Position numbers and translations under genes: made by a program. A DNA stretch of 64,000 nucleotides. It comes from the human T2T-CHM13v2.0 reference genome, Homo sapiens. The notes under the pieces were generated by a model. It was not told where the DNA came from, made no database searches, and saw nothing but the letters and a program-made list of their open reading frames with translations. Below, in pieces: positions 36,776 through 48,309 of this stretch (within the stretch, counting starts at the first letter, position 1; every line of letters begins with the position of its first letter). The DNA lies in NCBI RefSeq assembly GCF_009914755.1, contig NC_060926.1; one strand, written 5' to 3'.

Positions 36776-37939
36776 AGAAAAATGGCATTATTCGATATGT
36801 AATAAGCATTCTTAATATGAATATGGCACAAATAATTGAGAATATCAATACTCAGATGAGTCTAAATATGAGTGGATTAGTCTAGAAAACTTTAGTCCAG
36901 AAAACCGAAATACATATCAGTGATTTTGAAACATCTGGAAGTGAGCCATTCAAAAACAGAATAAATTTCAGTGGTGAAAGCAAGAGATATGTGGTCTGTG
37001 TGTCATAATTAGCTATTCCCTTTGATGGGGACTTTCCAGGTTACCTCCTCAGAGGATCTTCACTCCTTCTAGTTTTGTTTTGTTTTGTTTTATTTTGTTT
37101 GCTCCAGGTAAAGAATGACATTTTAAAAATACTGATTCCCAGGCCCATCCCAGACTAGTTTAAACAGAATTTCTGCAGGTAGAGTTTAGACAGTGGGATT
37201 TTTTAAGGATTGAGAACCACCATGTAGATAAGCAGAGGTCAGGTATGGGAGGTGGCAAGGAGAGAGAGATAAACATGCTTTCTTACTCAAGTATGCTTGG
37301 TTACAAAAATGGAACTGGAAAATAAGTTTAAACAAGTAAACCTGGGTTAGCAATGTTACTAACCACTTCCAGGGGGGCCAAACTGATTTTCTGTTTGCAC
37401 TATGCTTGCATACATCTGAACCCTTCCTATTCAGCTTAATTAACCTTGCCAAATTTAAGGTTTTCATCTTGAATTGTTACAATTTGAGAAGTCCTGACGC
37501 TGGCTTTCCTATTTTTATATTGATTATTTGATCTGCCTGAAGCCTAAGATGTGAGGATGTTTCCTGAGTGTCAACTCATTCTCTGTCGACCTGTCAGGAG
37601 GGTTCTATGCATAGTGCAATGCATGAGTCACTAAAGCCATCAGGTCTGTTTTATGATCAAGGTTGGGACGAGCTACCTGAAGGAGTTGGCAGTTCATGTT
37701 GGAAAGTTTTGTGATCCCCAGTTTGGTCATAACTATGTCTACAGTAACGTTGGTTTTGTTTTCTTATTATTGATTGATTGATTATTTCATCATTCAGCAA
37801 ATTTACACTAAACATCTGAAATATTCCAGGCGTTTTACTTTATACTGAGTACAGTATATCAAGATATCATATCTAGCCCTTTGTTACTTTTTTTTCTCCC
37901 TCATTCTTCTTCCTACCTCTTTTTTCCCTCCTTCTACAC

Positions 37940-38925
37940 AAACCTGCTTCTAACATTTGTGGGGCCTCGGGCAAGAATACAATGGAGCCCTGTCTAGTTT
38001 ATGTCTAAGTATTTATAAGTCATAAGACAAGCTTGCAAAGTGTTAAATAAAATATGTTCCATCTCCTACATTGACAAATACACCCTTATAATAAGCCAGA
38101 GCTAGGTTCAAATTTAGCATTCTCAGATTCCTCAGAATTTTGAACTAGAATATGGTGGTTCTGGGGGAGTCCACATCCGGTACCCCAGATTCAGTTCCTT
38201 CCTTCTTCTTTCCTTACTACTGGCTCCTCCAATTCTTAGAGGGGCCTCACATACACTCACGGGAGGTTCCAGGCCCGGGATCTGTGTCCATGGCCATTCC
38301 CGGGCTCCTGCTAAACAGCTGCTGCCTGGCAACCCCTGGAAGAGTGTGTACCAGTTTGGCTAGCCTTTGGGAAGGGAAACCCTGGGAGAAGGACTACATA
38401 GGGCCTGAAAGTGGCTCGGGTCATTCAGGCAGGGAATTTATTTTACTTTATTTTTTGAGACTGAGTCTTGCTCTATCACCCAGGCTGGAATGCAGTGGCA
38501 CGATCTCAGCTCACTGCAACCTCCACCTCCTGAGTTCAAGTGATTCTCCTGTCTCAGCCTCCTGAGTAGCTGGGATTACAGGTGCGTGCCACTACGCCCA
38601 GCACATTTTTGTATTTTTAGTAGAGACGGGGTTTCACCATGTTGGCCAGGCTGGTCTTGAATTCCTGACCTCAAGTGATTCACCCACCTCGGCCTCCCAA
38701 AATGCTGGGGTTACAGGCATGAGCCACCGTGCCTGGCCTGGGCAAGGAATTCTAAGGTCCTATACTCCCAGAACATGGACAGAGTGTGGGATGGATATAG
38801 GTTCCTGGTAGACATGTACCCTTGGCCCTAAGGGGAGGGGTGCAGCTATAGCAGAGGGGGACTCATCTTAAACATGGCACCCTATAAAGCTAGGGTTCCT
38901 CTCACCTAGGTCTAGGGGTGGTTCT
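37940..38925. mobile_element. Probable hAT-Tip100-type DNA transposon remnant interrupted by an Alu
   Basis: 5' 'ttctaacatttgtggggcctcgggcaagaatacaatggagccc' resembles MER45/MER96-group termini; family assignment uncertain. Confidence 0.35.
38437..38738 (-). mobile_element. AluS (Sx/Sz-like), full length, antisense
   Basis: Reverse-complement Alu; near-TSD ggcagggaatt / ggcaaggaatt. Confidence 0.95.
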
Positions 38926-41900
38926 TTTACTTGCTAATTTTACTAATTCAACATTTATTGAGTGTCTGTTAAGTACAAGGCATAGTGGATACTATGTGGG
39001 TTTGTGCGGGAAAATGTAGAACGAGGGGAAGAGGAGGAAAATTCTTCTCTCCTTCTTCTAGACTCATTTGTTTCTCCATTGGTATCCTCGGAGACTCTGC
39101 ACATCTCTTGGGCCCTGCCCCTTTGAAGGTGTGTATCTATGTCCAATCTTTGTCATGAAGATGACAGGAAAGTGGGGACAACTGCATTTCCTGTCTAGGA
39201 CTTTGTGGTGCTTGAGGACATTATTGGCCAGATCCTGTCCGTGTCAGGGTGGGGGCAGAACAGGCTGAGTGAGAGTTAAGCTGTGGCACATTGCATATAT
39301 TACCTGTAAATAGGAGTTAGGCTTTATGCTTAATTTTGGGATTCTTTTGCATCCATTCACATTATTCTGTAATACATATGAATAAATTCATCTGCGTCAA
39401 AATCCAATTTTATTTCACTTTTTCCTTGATGGTGAGTAAATGGGATTCAGAGGCAGTTAAAACTATTGACTTCTAGGCCCAATAATAAATATGTAAATTT
39501 ATGCTAAGATGAAATCCAATTTAAAATAATTCCAGTGAAATTACATAGAGAAGTTAGCTTAAATGGGCATACTTTCTACCTCTCTCTTTGTATTTGGTGC
39601 TGTGTGGAAAGTGGAGCATCAAAGCCAAGGATTGTAACTGAAATTACACTGAACACACACAGGCACCTTCCAAACAACTTGGGCTTTTGCTAGGCTCTTA
39701 GGGGAACTGTTAAGATTATGTTGTGCTTGTCGAAGAAGAAGGATACGTGGTAGTAAACCCCTCTAGGTCAACCTGAAATAGGGAAAGATAACTGAGGAAA
39801 AATACTGGTAAGTACTCCATGAAGAAGTGTACTTTAAGAATAAGGAAAGGCAGTTGGCAGGGAAAATCCTTGAAAAATTTGCTATGGGCTTTTGAGAGAG
39901 AAAAAGCATGAAGAAAGTGGCCTTTCAGAGAGCAAATCTTGGTGTAAATTGGATAGGAGATCTCTGGGGCTCTGTGCCTTAATTGCTTAACCTGGGTAAT
40001 TGTACAGAAGGAAAACTTTCTGGGTATTTGTTGTTGAATAATGTAGTTTATCCTGCCGATTGAAAAATATCCAAACCAACACAAAATTGAATTTAAATTG
40101 TTTCCATATTAAGATCAATGGGACCATTTTTTAAGTTCACTGTGGTTTCCTTTAAATGCATTTCAGCTCTTTCCATAAAAATGGCTCATTTGGCAATTGA
40201 AGGAAGGTAATTTGATTAAAATGACTAACATTCAAATAATCAAGATAGTAAAAAAAAAATTCATGTGTTTCATAAAAAGCCTCATGGTACAGTCCAATTC
40301 TTGGAAATCATTAGCTAATGTTCTGATGATCAAATAATAAATACATAAGTGGATTAAAGAAACATAAATGCAAACTCATCTAAATTTAATTTACTTTAGC
40401 TAAAATCTACATACACGTTTGAATATTGAATATTAATGATGTAAATATTTTAGGGAGAAAGCAGGAGTTTGAGAATAAACATAATACATTAATTATAAGT
40501 TTCTAAGAAGTTGTCCCCAGGTATCTTTTATTCTTTACTCTTGGCTTTTGGTGGTACATTGCATACAAAATGACACTGTAAAACTCTCTCTCTCTCTCTC
40601 ACTTTGTTTCCCCTAATCATTTTTTTTTTCCTCTGAGCAGATAAAATCAGTTTAGAATGTGTACTCATACTTGCTGAACCCTCTTCTCCTGGGTCTTGGG
40701 GAGAGAGTGTTTTGAAGGATACCCATGGATGGTTCTAGAAGCACAAATTATGAAGAAGGAAGAGAACTTTCCATGTTCCCTTTTATTCTCCATCTAGAAG
40801 ACTAAGCCTTTCTAATTATTTTTCAATTTACAATTTATACCATACCTACTATAAAGTATAATTTAAACTTACAATAGAGGGCATATATACCCTAAGACCA
40901 TGAACATAGAACTAGAAAATCAATGTGTGAAGGAGAGAAAAAGCCTACTAATAACTTGGGTTAATACCATTGCATCGCGAATATTGAAGCATGAACTCTA
41001 TATGTTATTTTCCAATTAGGTGAATTTGTGGATCTGGGCCTGCATCTAGATTAGGTCAACAAAATGAATGTTTTATTAAAGTTTTTTGGGGGGATACAAG
41101 TAAATGAAAATAACATTTAAGGGCAAATGAATTGTTTTGTGTTTTATTTTCATTGCCTATATTCACACAAAATTATTTGTACCTGGAAGAAAATTTATGT
41201 CTTTAATGAAAGGGCTACACTTGGCCTGGGAGTGGGAATAGTTATTTTCACAGGGTACTTTCTGTCTGGTGGTAAGATTCACTTAAAAATTCAATTGACT
41301 TGAGAAGTTCCTTGATATTTAATTAGATCAGCAAGGAGTAGCTATAATGCAGTCCTTCTCAAATTCACCTAGTGAAGTGCTAGAATAGCTAATGAAAGTG
41401 AATACTCATCTCCTGCCCTCCTCACCTCTGATCTCTACATCCTGTACCAGGTGTAGGGGCAGAGATCAAACGGGCTTACTTTATGTACAGTTAAATTTTT
41501 ATCATTAACATTCACTCAAAACTTACATTCTATCTCATAAGATATCTGCCATTCTCTTGATGTTGATAATATCTTTTAATTTGACATCTAGTAATATTTT
41601 AAAAGTGTACCATGTTTACTCTGGTGCTTCTCATATCTTCAGAATCACCTTCAGTTCCCCCGAGGATACTCATACCACAATTGGAGGATCATTGTCTTGA
41701 AGGATAGTTCCATCAAGCTGTGATGATTTTGTAAAATGCTCTTTTTAACCCCAGGGATGGTGCTATCCTGGGAAATAATTTTCTGGAAGTACTTGGCTAT
41801 GTTGGAGACACAAGGAACCATTTATCTCCGGAATCATCCTTTTCAACACTTGTCACTGCAGTTCTTCTGATTACATCATTTTTTTCTGTTCTAGTCTCAA

Positions 41901-42699
41901 AACTTTACAATTACTCTACTACAGGTTTATGATTGCTTCAGGGATACAGAACTCTAGAAATTGACCTTGCTTTACTGTCTTAATCATTTTTTTCCCTTCA
42001 ACAACAATAACAAAAAATTATTGAGTTTCTTTTATTTCTAGGGCACACTCCTAGGGAAACAAAGAAGTACAAGGCATAATTCCCGCTCTTAACCTACCTT
42101 CTATAGTAGAGAAGACAGATTATACGCCTGGAAAAATAAATAATTATAATAGGTAGCAAAGCATAAATGTTATATCATTTAATTTATTGTTTAATTCAAC
42201 AAATGTATTCTAAATGCCTACTCTTGGCCAGGCATTGGGCAAAGCCATGGGGGAGATCCAAAGGAGAATAAGATATTCTTACATATGAACATAATCTAGT
42301 GTGACATAATTAACATAGTAATTAATGTAGTATGACCTACTATGGAAGCACAAGAGGGAGTGGCTAGCTCCTTTGGAGAATCTGTGGAAGTGAGAAGGTT
42401 GTCACTGTTTCTCTGGGTGCATCCATTGTATTTTGGCACCACTTTCTTTCTTTTCCACAGTCCATCACAGGAATAATTCTCTCCCCACTTTCTTGGGACT
42501 TTGCCCTCTCTTTGGACAGGTTCGCCTCTTTGCTTTCTTAGCTATCAGGCTTGGGCTACTGAATGGGAATTTCGCCAGTGCAAATACATGAAACCGGAAC
42601 TCTGTTCTCCAATTGTCAGTGCTGCCAGAAGTCCTTGAGACATCTCATATATGTTCCCTCTTCTATGCTCAACAGCAGCTAGTACAAAGTTTCACAGTT

Positions 42700-43580
42700 T
42701 CCCTCAATTAAGCCTCAGCTCCTCCATCAGCAGATAATGTCTCCTTTGCTTCACAAAGAAAATGTTGGAGCCATTAGCATGCAATACCATCAATTTCTTG
42801 TCTTCCTTCTAAATGTTCATGCTCCCAGCTCAGAGTCTTTGACCCAGTTGTTCTCTTTACCTGGATCTCTCTTTTCCCTGATACCTGCATGGCTAACTCA
42901 CCTTTCTTTTTATGTCTTTGGTTACTTGTCATCTTTTCAATGAGGCCCATCCTATTTAAAATCCTATTCTACTCTCTCCACACACACAGTCTAGCCCCCT
43001 TATCCTGTGGCAAACTCCACTTTCTAATGTACTCTATAATTTGCTTATATCCTATGTCTGTTCTTTGCTGGAATATAAATGTCATTGGGGTAGAGAACTT
43101 TGCTTCATTTACCATTGTAACCTAAGAACATAGATAAGTATTAGGCTTATTGTATGTGTTCAATAAATATTTGTTAAATGAAAGTTGCATCTCTACACAT
43201 TTTAACATTCTTTTCTCCTATCTAATAAAAGAAAGATCCCTTTTTCTGTTAAGAATAATTCCTCTTACCTCTGTTCCACTTCCTATTCTCTCTAGATTTT
43301 TAGGGATGTAGGCCCACCAGTTACCCAACCTCTTCATCTTTCTTGCTCTTCTCCAACAATACATACATATTTTTTCAGTCTCTCATTAAAAAAATCATCC
43401 TCTCCAGTCTACATCCTTTTTCTAGACACCCTACAATTAAACCTCTTAAAAGGAGGATCCTCACTTATTGTGGCCACAGCTTCACTTCCCGTTCACCCTT
43501 TGGCCAATTTCAATTTGACTTTACTATCTGATGGTCAGAAGAATTGTTTCCTTGAGACGTATCAGTGACCTTCTGTTAAA
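42700..43580 (+). mobile_element. L2 fragments (sense)
   Basis: L2 3' end 'ttcaataaatatttgttaaatgaa' at ~43160-43183 plus pyrimidine-rich L2-like ORF2 remnants. Confidence 0.55.
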
Positions 43581-43739
43581 TCAGGTCCCCTCGTGGGGGT
43601 CCTACATCACACACAGCTTCCTCCATACCGCATTCTATTGGAATCAAGGGCTTTTTTGTCTTACCAACTGGACTTTTATTTTTTCACACATTCTTTTTTT
43701 TATGTATTCCATCAGTAACTCTTTTGAATGTTAACATGT

Positions 43740-44250
43740 ACAGACATGAAAAGAGATCCTGAGGACCTACTGGCAAACTCATACAAAGGTTATGCTGCAT
43801 GCAGTTTATAGTCTTATGGAAGAAGCAGGCATTAAACAAATAAGCCAATAAACACTTGGAAAAATCAGAACTTTCATCACTGTTTTGAAGAAAACTTACA
43901 TGGGTGCTGTAAGAGTGCTTAATCAGAGGATTGGACTTTGACAAAAGACTTGAAAGAGATTTCCCTGGGAATGGAGTATGAGGGCTGAGAAGGAAGGCAG
44001 ATCAGGAGTCTGTTAATCAAAGATGCATGCATGATGGGAGGAAAAGCACAGTAAAGAAGTCCTGAAGTTGGAGGGAGCATGGAAGCCTTGAGAACAAGAG
44101 AAAGCTAGTGTGGCAGGAGCCCAGAGGAGTAGGGGAGCAGAGGCACAGGTGAGGCTAGTGACGTAGCTAGAAGGCCACATGACACCATGATTTTTAGAAC
44201 AGGTTAAGGATTTGGGTCTTTAATACTAAGAATATGTGGATGTCTTTATG
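43740..44250 (-). mobile_element. L2 fragment (antisense)
   Basis: 'aaagctagtgtggcaggagc...ggttaaggatttgggtctttaat' typical of antisense L2. Confidence 0.6.
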
Positions 44251-44355
44251 ATGGTGGCTATATCTTTTCCATATCTTTACCTCAAGCCATTAGTTCAGGG
44301 CAAGCATCAGCATAGAATCTCACTATATGTTTATCAAATGGAGGACATTTGAACT

Positions 44356-44661
44356 TTCCTTCCTTCTTTCTTTCTTTGTCTCTCTCTCTGTCTCTCTCTT
44401 TCTTTCTTTCTTTCTCTCTCTCTTTCTTTCTCTCTCTCTATCTCTTTTTTTTTTCTGGAGACAAGGTCTCACTCTGTCACCCAGGCTGGAGTGCGGTGGC
44501 ATGATCATAACTCACTGCAGTTATCTCCTGGGCTCAGAGGATCTTCCTGCCTCAGCCTGCGGAGTAGCTGTGACTACAGGCACATGACACCAAACTCTGC
44601 TATAATATTAATATGTTCCCCTATAGACACACACACACACACACACAAACAGAGAGAGAGA

Positions 44662-44720
<59 letters not shown>

Positions 44721-44822
44721 GGGTCTTGATATGTTGCCCAGGTTGGTCTGGAACTCCTGGCTTCAAGTGATCATCCTGCTAAAGCTTTGGAATTATGGGT
44801 GTGAGCCACTGATCCCTGGCCC
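44356..44822 (-). mobile_element. AluJ-like, antisense, with microsatellites in tail and linker
   Basis: 'gagacaaggtctcactctgtcacccaggctggagtgcggtggcatgatcataactcactgcag' (AluJ diagnostics); (TC)/(TTTC) tail; CA/GA/GT repeats in the linker. Confidence 0.9.
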
Positions 44823-46448
44823 TGAAGTAAGTCTTAAATTGTGAATATGATTGGCCATGAAGAACAGGTGAAGGAGATTTCTTTGCCAAGGAATCAGTGG
44901 TTAAAGAAACACAGAGGTATGAAAAAATATATTTTGCATTGGACGTAGAGCAAGAGGTTCAACATGATTAAATAGGTGGTGGGAGCCATGCAGAAAGAGA
45001 TTAGACATGAGGGGACACAAGGGGAAAGAGATCAAGAGTACCGAAAGAAATGTTACAGAATTCAAGGGAGGCTGAGATCACTGGGGGCCAGAGCAGTCAG
45101 GAAAATCATTTCAGAATTGTAGCATTTTCGAGGTTTGATGACGATCTAAATTTGTTTGAAAGGATAGCTAGACCTTAGACAGGCAGAGAGATATGGGAAA
45201 GCATTCTCAACACGGGAAATGAAATGAATTATGGCTCAGAGGCCAGAATATACTGGAATTCTTCCTTTTCTAGTAAAAGCTGTGTCCCTCTTTAACCTTT
45301 ATGCATGTTTCATCATTTTTTCCTCCTTCTGGTCCATTTCCCATAATGAATTGTGTGGGAAAAAAAGTCTTTACCAAAAATTTGCCTAAATCTTAAAAAA
45401 AAAAAAAAAAGAAAAAAACCTAAAGAGAGCATTTTACTTTTGCTAGGTATTTAGTTTGACTGAAGGTGACTTAGAAAAAAAATGGGAGAAGTGACCATTT
45501 TTGTTCATAAATGTAGACTAGCTAATATATTTCGAGCTGCATGGTATTTTGTTTATTAAGCTCACTGTCAGCCTTTTGTGTTGCCAGCTGAAGTACAGTA
45601 ATATGATTTTGTTCCAAATTTTACACTTTGCCAAAGGTCTGTTTCTCAGCTGCATTTTGGGAACAGCTGTCAGCCCCAAGCAATCTGATTGCTTTTCATG
45701 AATGATAAATCACTTCCCTGTATGCTGATTTGTTTAGGTACAATAGGAGGAGACATCTTTCTGCCTAGTTTGTTAACAGAGGAAATGGTAGGATGAGGAT
45801 GGAGTGGGAGAAGTGAGAAAGAACTAGTGGGCATTTCCTTAGTACTTAATGTCCAATTAATGTTCATTTCATTTTGATTGAACACTGGGAAGAAATAGTC
45901 TTTATTAGCTGTTCTGAAGGCAGCAGAAAAAACCAATGATCCTTTCTTTATTAGGAGCTGTTATTAATTTACCACTGGACTTTCTGTTTGAAAAAAAAAT
46001 TGATTTTCTTGGATCAAACATTCTTCTGTTTAAAAAATTGCCCATACAAGTTGTAAGGGTTAAAAGTGTGTTAGAAGTTAGGAAGAGATACCTCAAGTTT
46101 CATTAAAGTATCCAATTAGTGAGATTCAGCAGTCCATGAAAATATTTATCACATTCCCAGCTCAGCTAAGACCCTATCTGCTCCAATTTTCCTTGCACAG
46201 AAATCACAGAAATCTACATTTGCTGCTTCACATTCTAGAGAAACAGGTGAAAATGGAGGGGGAGGGAGCATCTCATTTTTCAAATGTTATGTTTGCTGCT
46301 TGAATTTTAGTTTTGGAAACGGATTTTGAGGTGAGAAGAAAGGGAATTCAAGTCTTTCCTTTGCCTTGAAGTTTGTTCATAATGGTGTTGTCTCTGTTTC
46401 TGGTGAGCTACTGTCAACTCCTATCTGGGAGAGATCCTGCCAGGTCTT

Positions 46449-46639
46449 TTCCTTGAATATAAGAAAATATATTTTCTTATATTCCTTGAATATAAGAAAT
46501 ATATTTTCTTATATTCCTTGAATATAAGAAAATATATTTCTTATATTCCTTGAATATAAGAAAATATATTACGTTTTCTTATATTCCTTGAATATAAGAA
46601 AATATATTATGTTTTCTTATATTCCTTGAATATAAGAAA
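46449..46639. repeat. AT-rich minisatellite of palindromic 32-38 bp units (~5.4 copies)
   Basis: Unit GAATATAAGAAAATA|TATTTTCTTATATTC + CTT; unit starts at 46455, 46488, 46520, 46552, 46590, 46628. Confidence 0.95.
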
Positions 46640-47326
46640 GGAAATTTGCAAATTAAAGATTTTTGCTAAGAACAGAAAGTGGCCCACAATGGCGTCATAT
46701 TATGTTTTTGGCCCTCAAATTGTAAAAGTGTTCCTCTTCATTGGAAGCAGGCCTTACTGTGTACCCTGTGCTCTCAATTTCTGTGTGTCCCTGGCCTCTA
46801 TAGGGCCGCTTGGGGGCTGGCAGCCAGGCTGGCTCGATGCAATCAGATGACACTGAAAGCCAATTGGAATCATTCCTCAGCTCGATGTCAGCAGGCCGGG
46901 CACTTAATGCAGGATGCACTTTTATTTTAATAAGTAATTTATTTAATGAGCCGACAATGGCAAAATGTCAAATGTAGAGACTTCGAGGATGAATAACACA
47001 ATTGCAAGGAGCAGGAAGTCTACTAGGCTTGCAATATTCGGTGCCTTCAGAAAGGACATTCCTTGAGCTGGTTTCAAAATCAGTTGGCAACTGATCTGAA
47101 AAAGGATCTTTGCCATTAGTCTTGATAAAAGTAATGCTGCCCACATCAAGTTTTTAGAGTTAGTAATATGAGAATGGCAGGTGCCAGGTGTAGAGTGTGG
47201 GGTAGCATGGGGGGTGGTCCTATTTTGAGAGGAGAGTGAGGCAGGAGGCATACAGCTGGCTCCACGGAACATGCTTCCACCTGCCCATCTAGTCAGTGTG
47301 AGGAAGGGCGAGAGGAGCAGACCCCT

Positions 47327-47340
47327 CCACTAGGTGGCAG
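47327..47340 (+). promoter_or_regulatory. CTCF core motif
   Basis: CCACTAGGTGGCAG matches the CTCF core consensus CC(A/G)(C/G)NAG(G/A)(G/T)GGC(A/G)(C/G); motif match only, binding not shown. Confidence 0.6.
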
Positions 47341-48309
47341 TGACTCGGTTTCGCTATCAATTAGGGAAGTGTCCTGGGGTGACTCACTTTAGACTCAGAT
47401 ATTAGTTTTCTCATGTTAAACAGACGGACCTGAATTGGAAGAGGTTTACCTTCCTTTTCAGATACTGAGATAGGATTTTTCCTAACATAATATCCTCTCC
47501 AGTGTACAAGTTGTGCTCATTAATTCCTCACTGCTGGCTCTGATTGGCTATGAGTTCAAATCCTATGAAAGTGAGGTCAATTAACCTAAAGATAGACTAC
47601 CAAGGTTTATAGTAATTCTATTGATCCAACCTTAATTTAATAATTATCTATTGAGTACCCACTAGGCAACAGACACTATTTAAGTCAACAGACATATAGC
47701 AATGACACCACAGGGTTTTAAAAAAGTCCCTGTTATCCTAAAGCTAACTTTCCATTAGCTTATTGAAAATGATATTTTTCAATGTGAAGGAGCTAACTCA
47801 CATTTGGAATGGGTGTTCCTTCTAGGAGTCCGTATCAAAATTATCATTTGTATTTTTTGCCCGATGGGAAGTTGTATTGTGAACTGTGCTATGGCTGATG
47901 TGTTTATCTGGCGTATTCTTCAGTTATTCCAACTAGTTTCTATGTCCTATTTTAGAATTTAATTAAAATTCATGTGGTTTCATTCTTCCCTTCTGACTCT
48001 GGAGGGCTCTGCAATATGCTTGTAATCCTTTCTAGGCCCACAGCAAGGAGGAAAACCTGTTTCTACTTGAAGTTGGGGTTCTGTGCTGAACTTGTTCTGT
48101 GTTGTCTCCCTCCTGGCAACGGTACGTAACTGTGAGATACTGATTTGCGCACAGTGCTGTCTGGCTTTGCTTCTAAAAGGAATAATGTGCATGGCTGGTC
48201 TCTGATTGATGTGTGGGAGCTGCCATTTGGGGGCATAAAACACTTTATTTTCCATCCTGCTTAGAATTCTAAGGCTCAATGGCCAACATCTGCCATCCTT
48301 CACTTTGAA

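Larger units (their letters stand above)
35420..37000 (+). mobile_element. Ancient CR1/L3 LINE ORF2 fossil with nested MIR and MER5
   Basis: Collinear motifs DREMAE (35509), EVIKEYLERL (35641), ADV..FEKSWRT (35964-35984), IPGKLAEKIIKQLIS (36025-36069), LKHLE..NRINFS (36926-36972). These match CR1 'EKAEVL..VRDHL..LADVIAEPLSIIFEKSW..PGKVMEQII..DLDRLE.WA..NRMKFN'. Confidence 0.8.

Noticed and set aside
46449-46639. CRISPR-like array (palindromic ~30-bp repeats)
   Set aside because: Units are separated by an invariant CTT with no unique spacers, there are no cas genes, and the context is a primate genome; it is a minisatellite.
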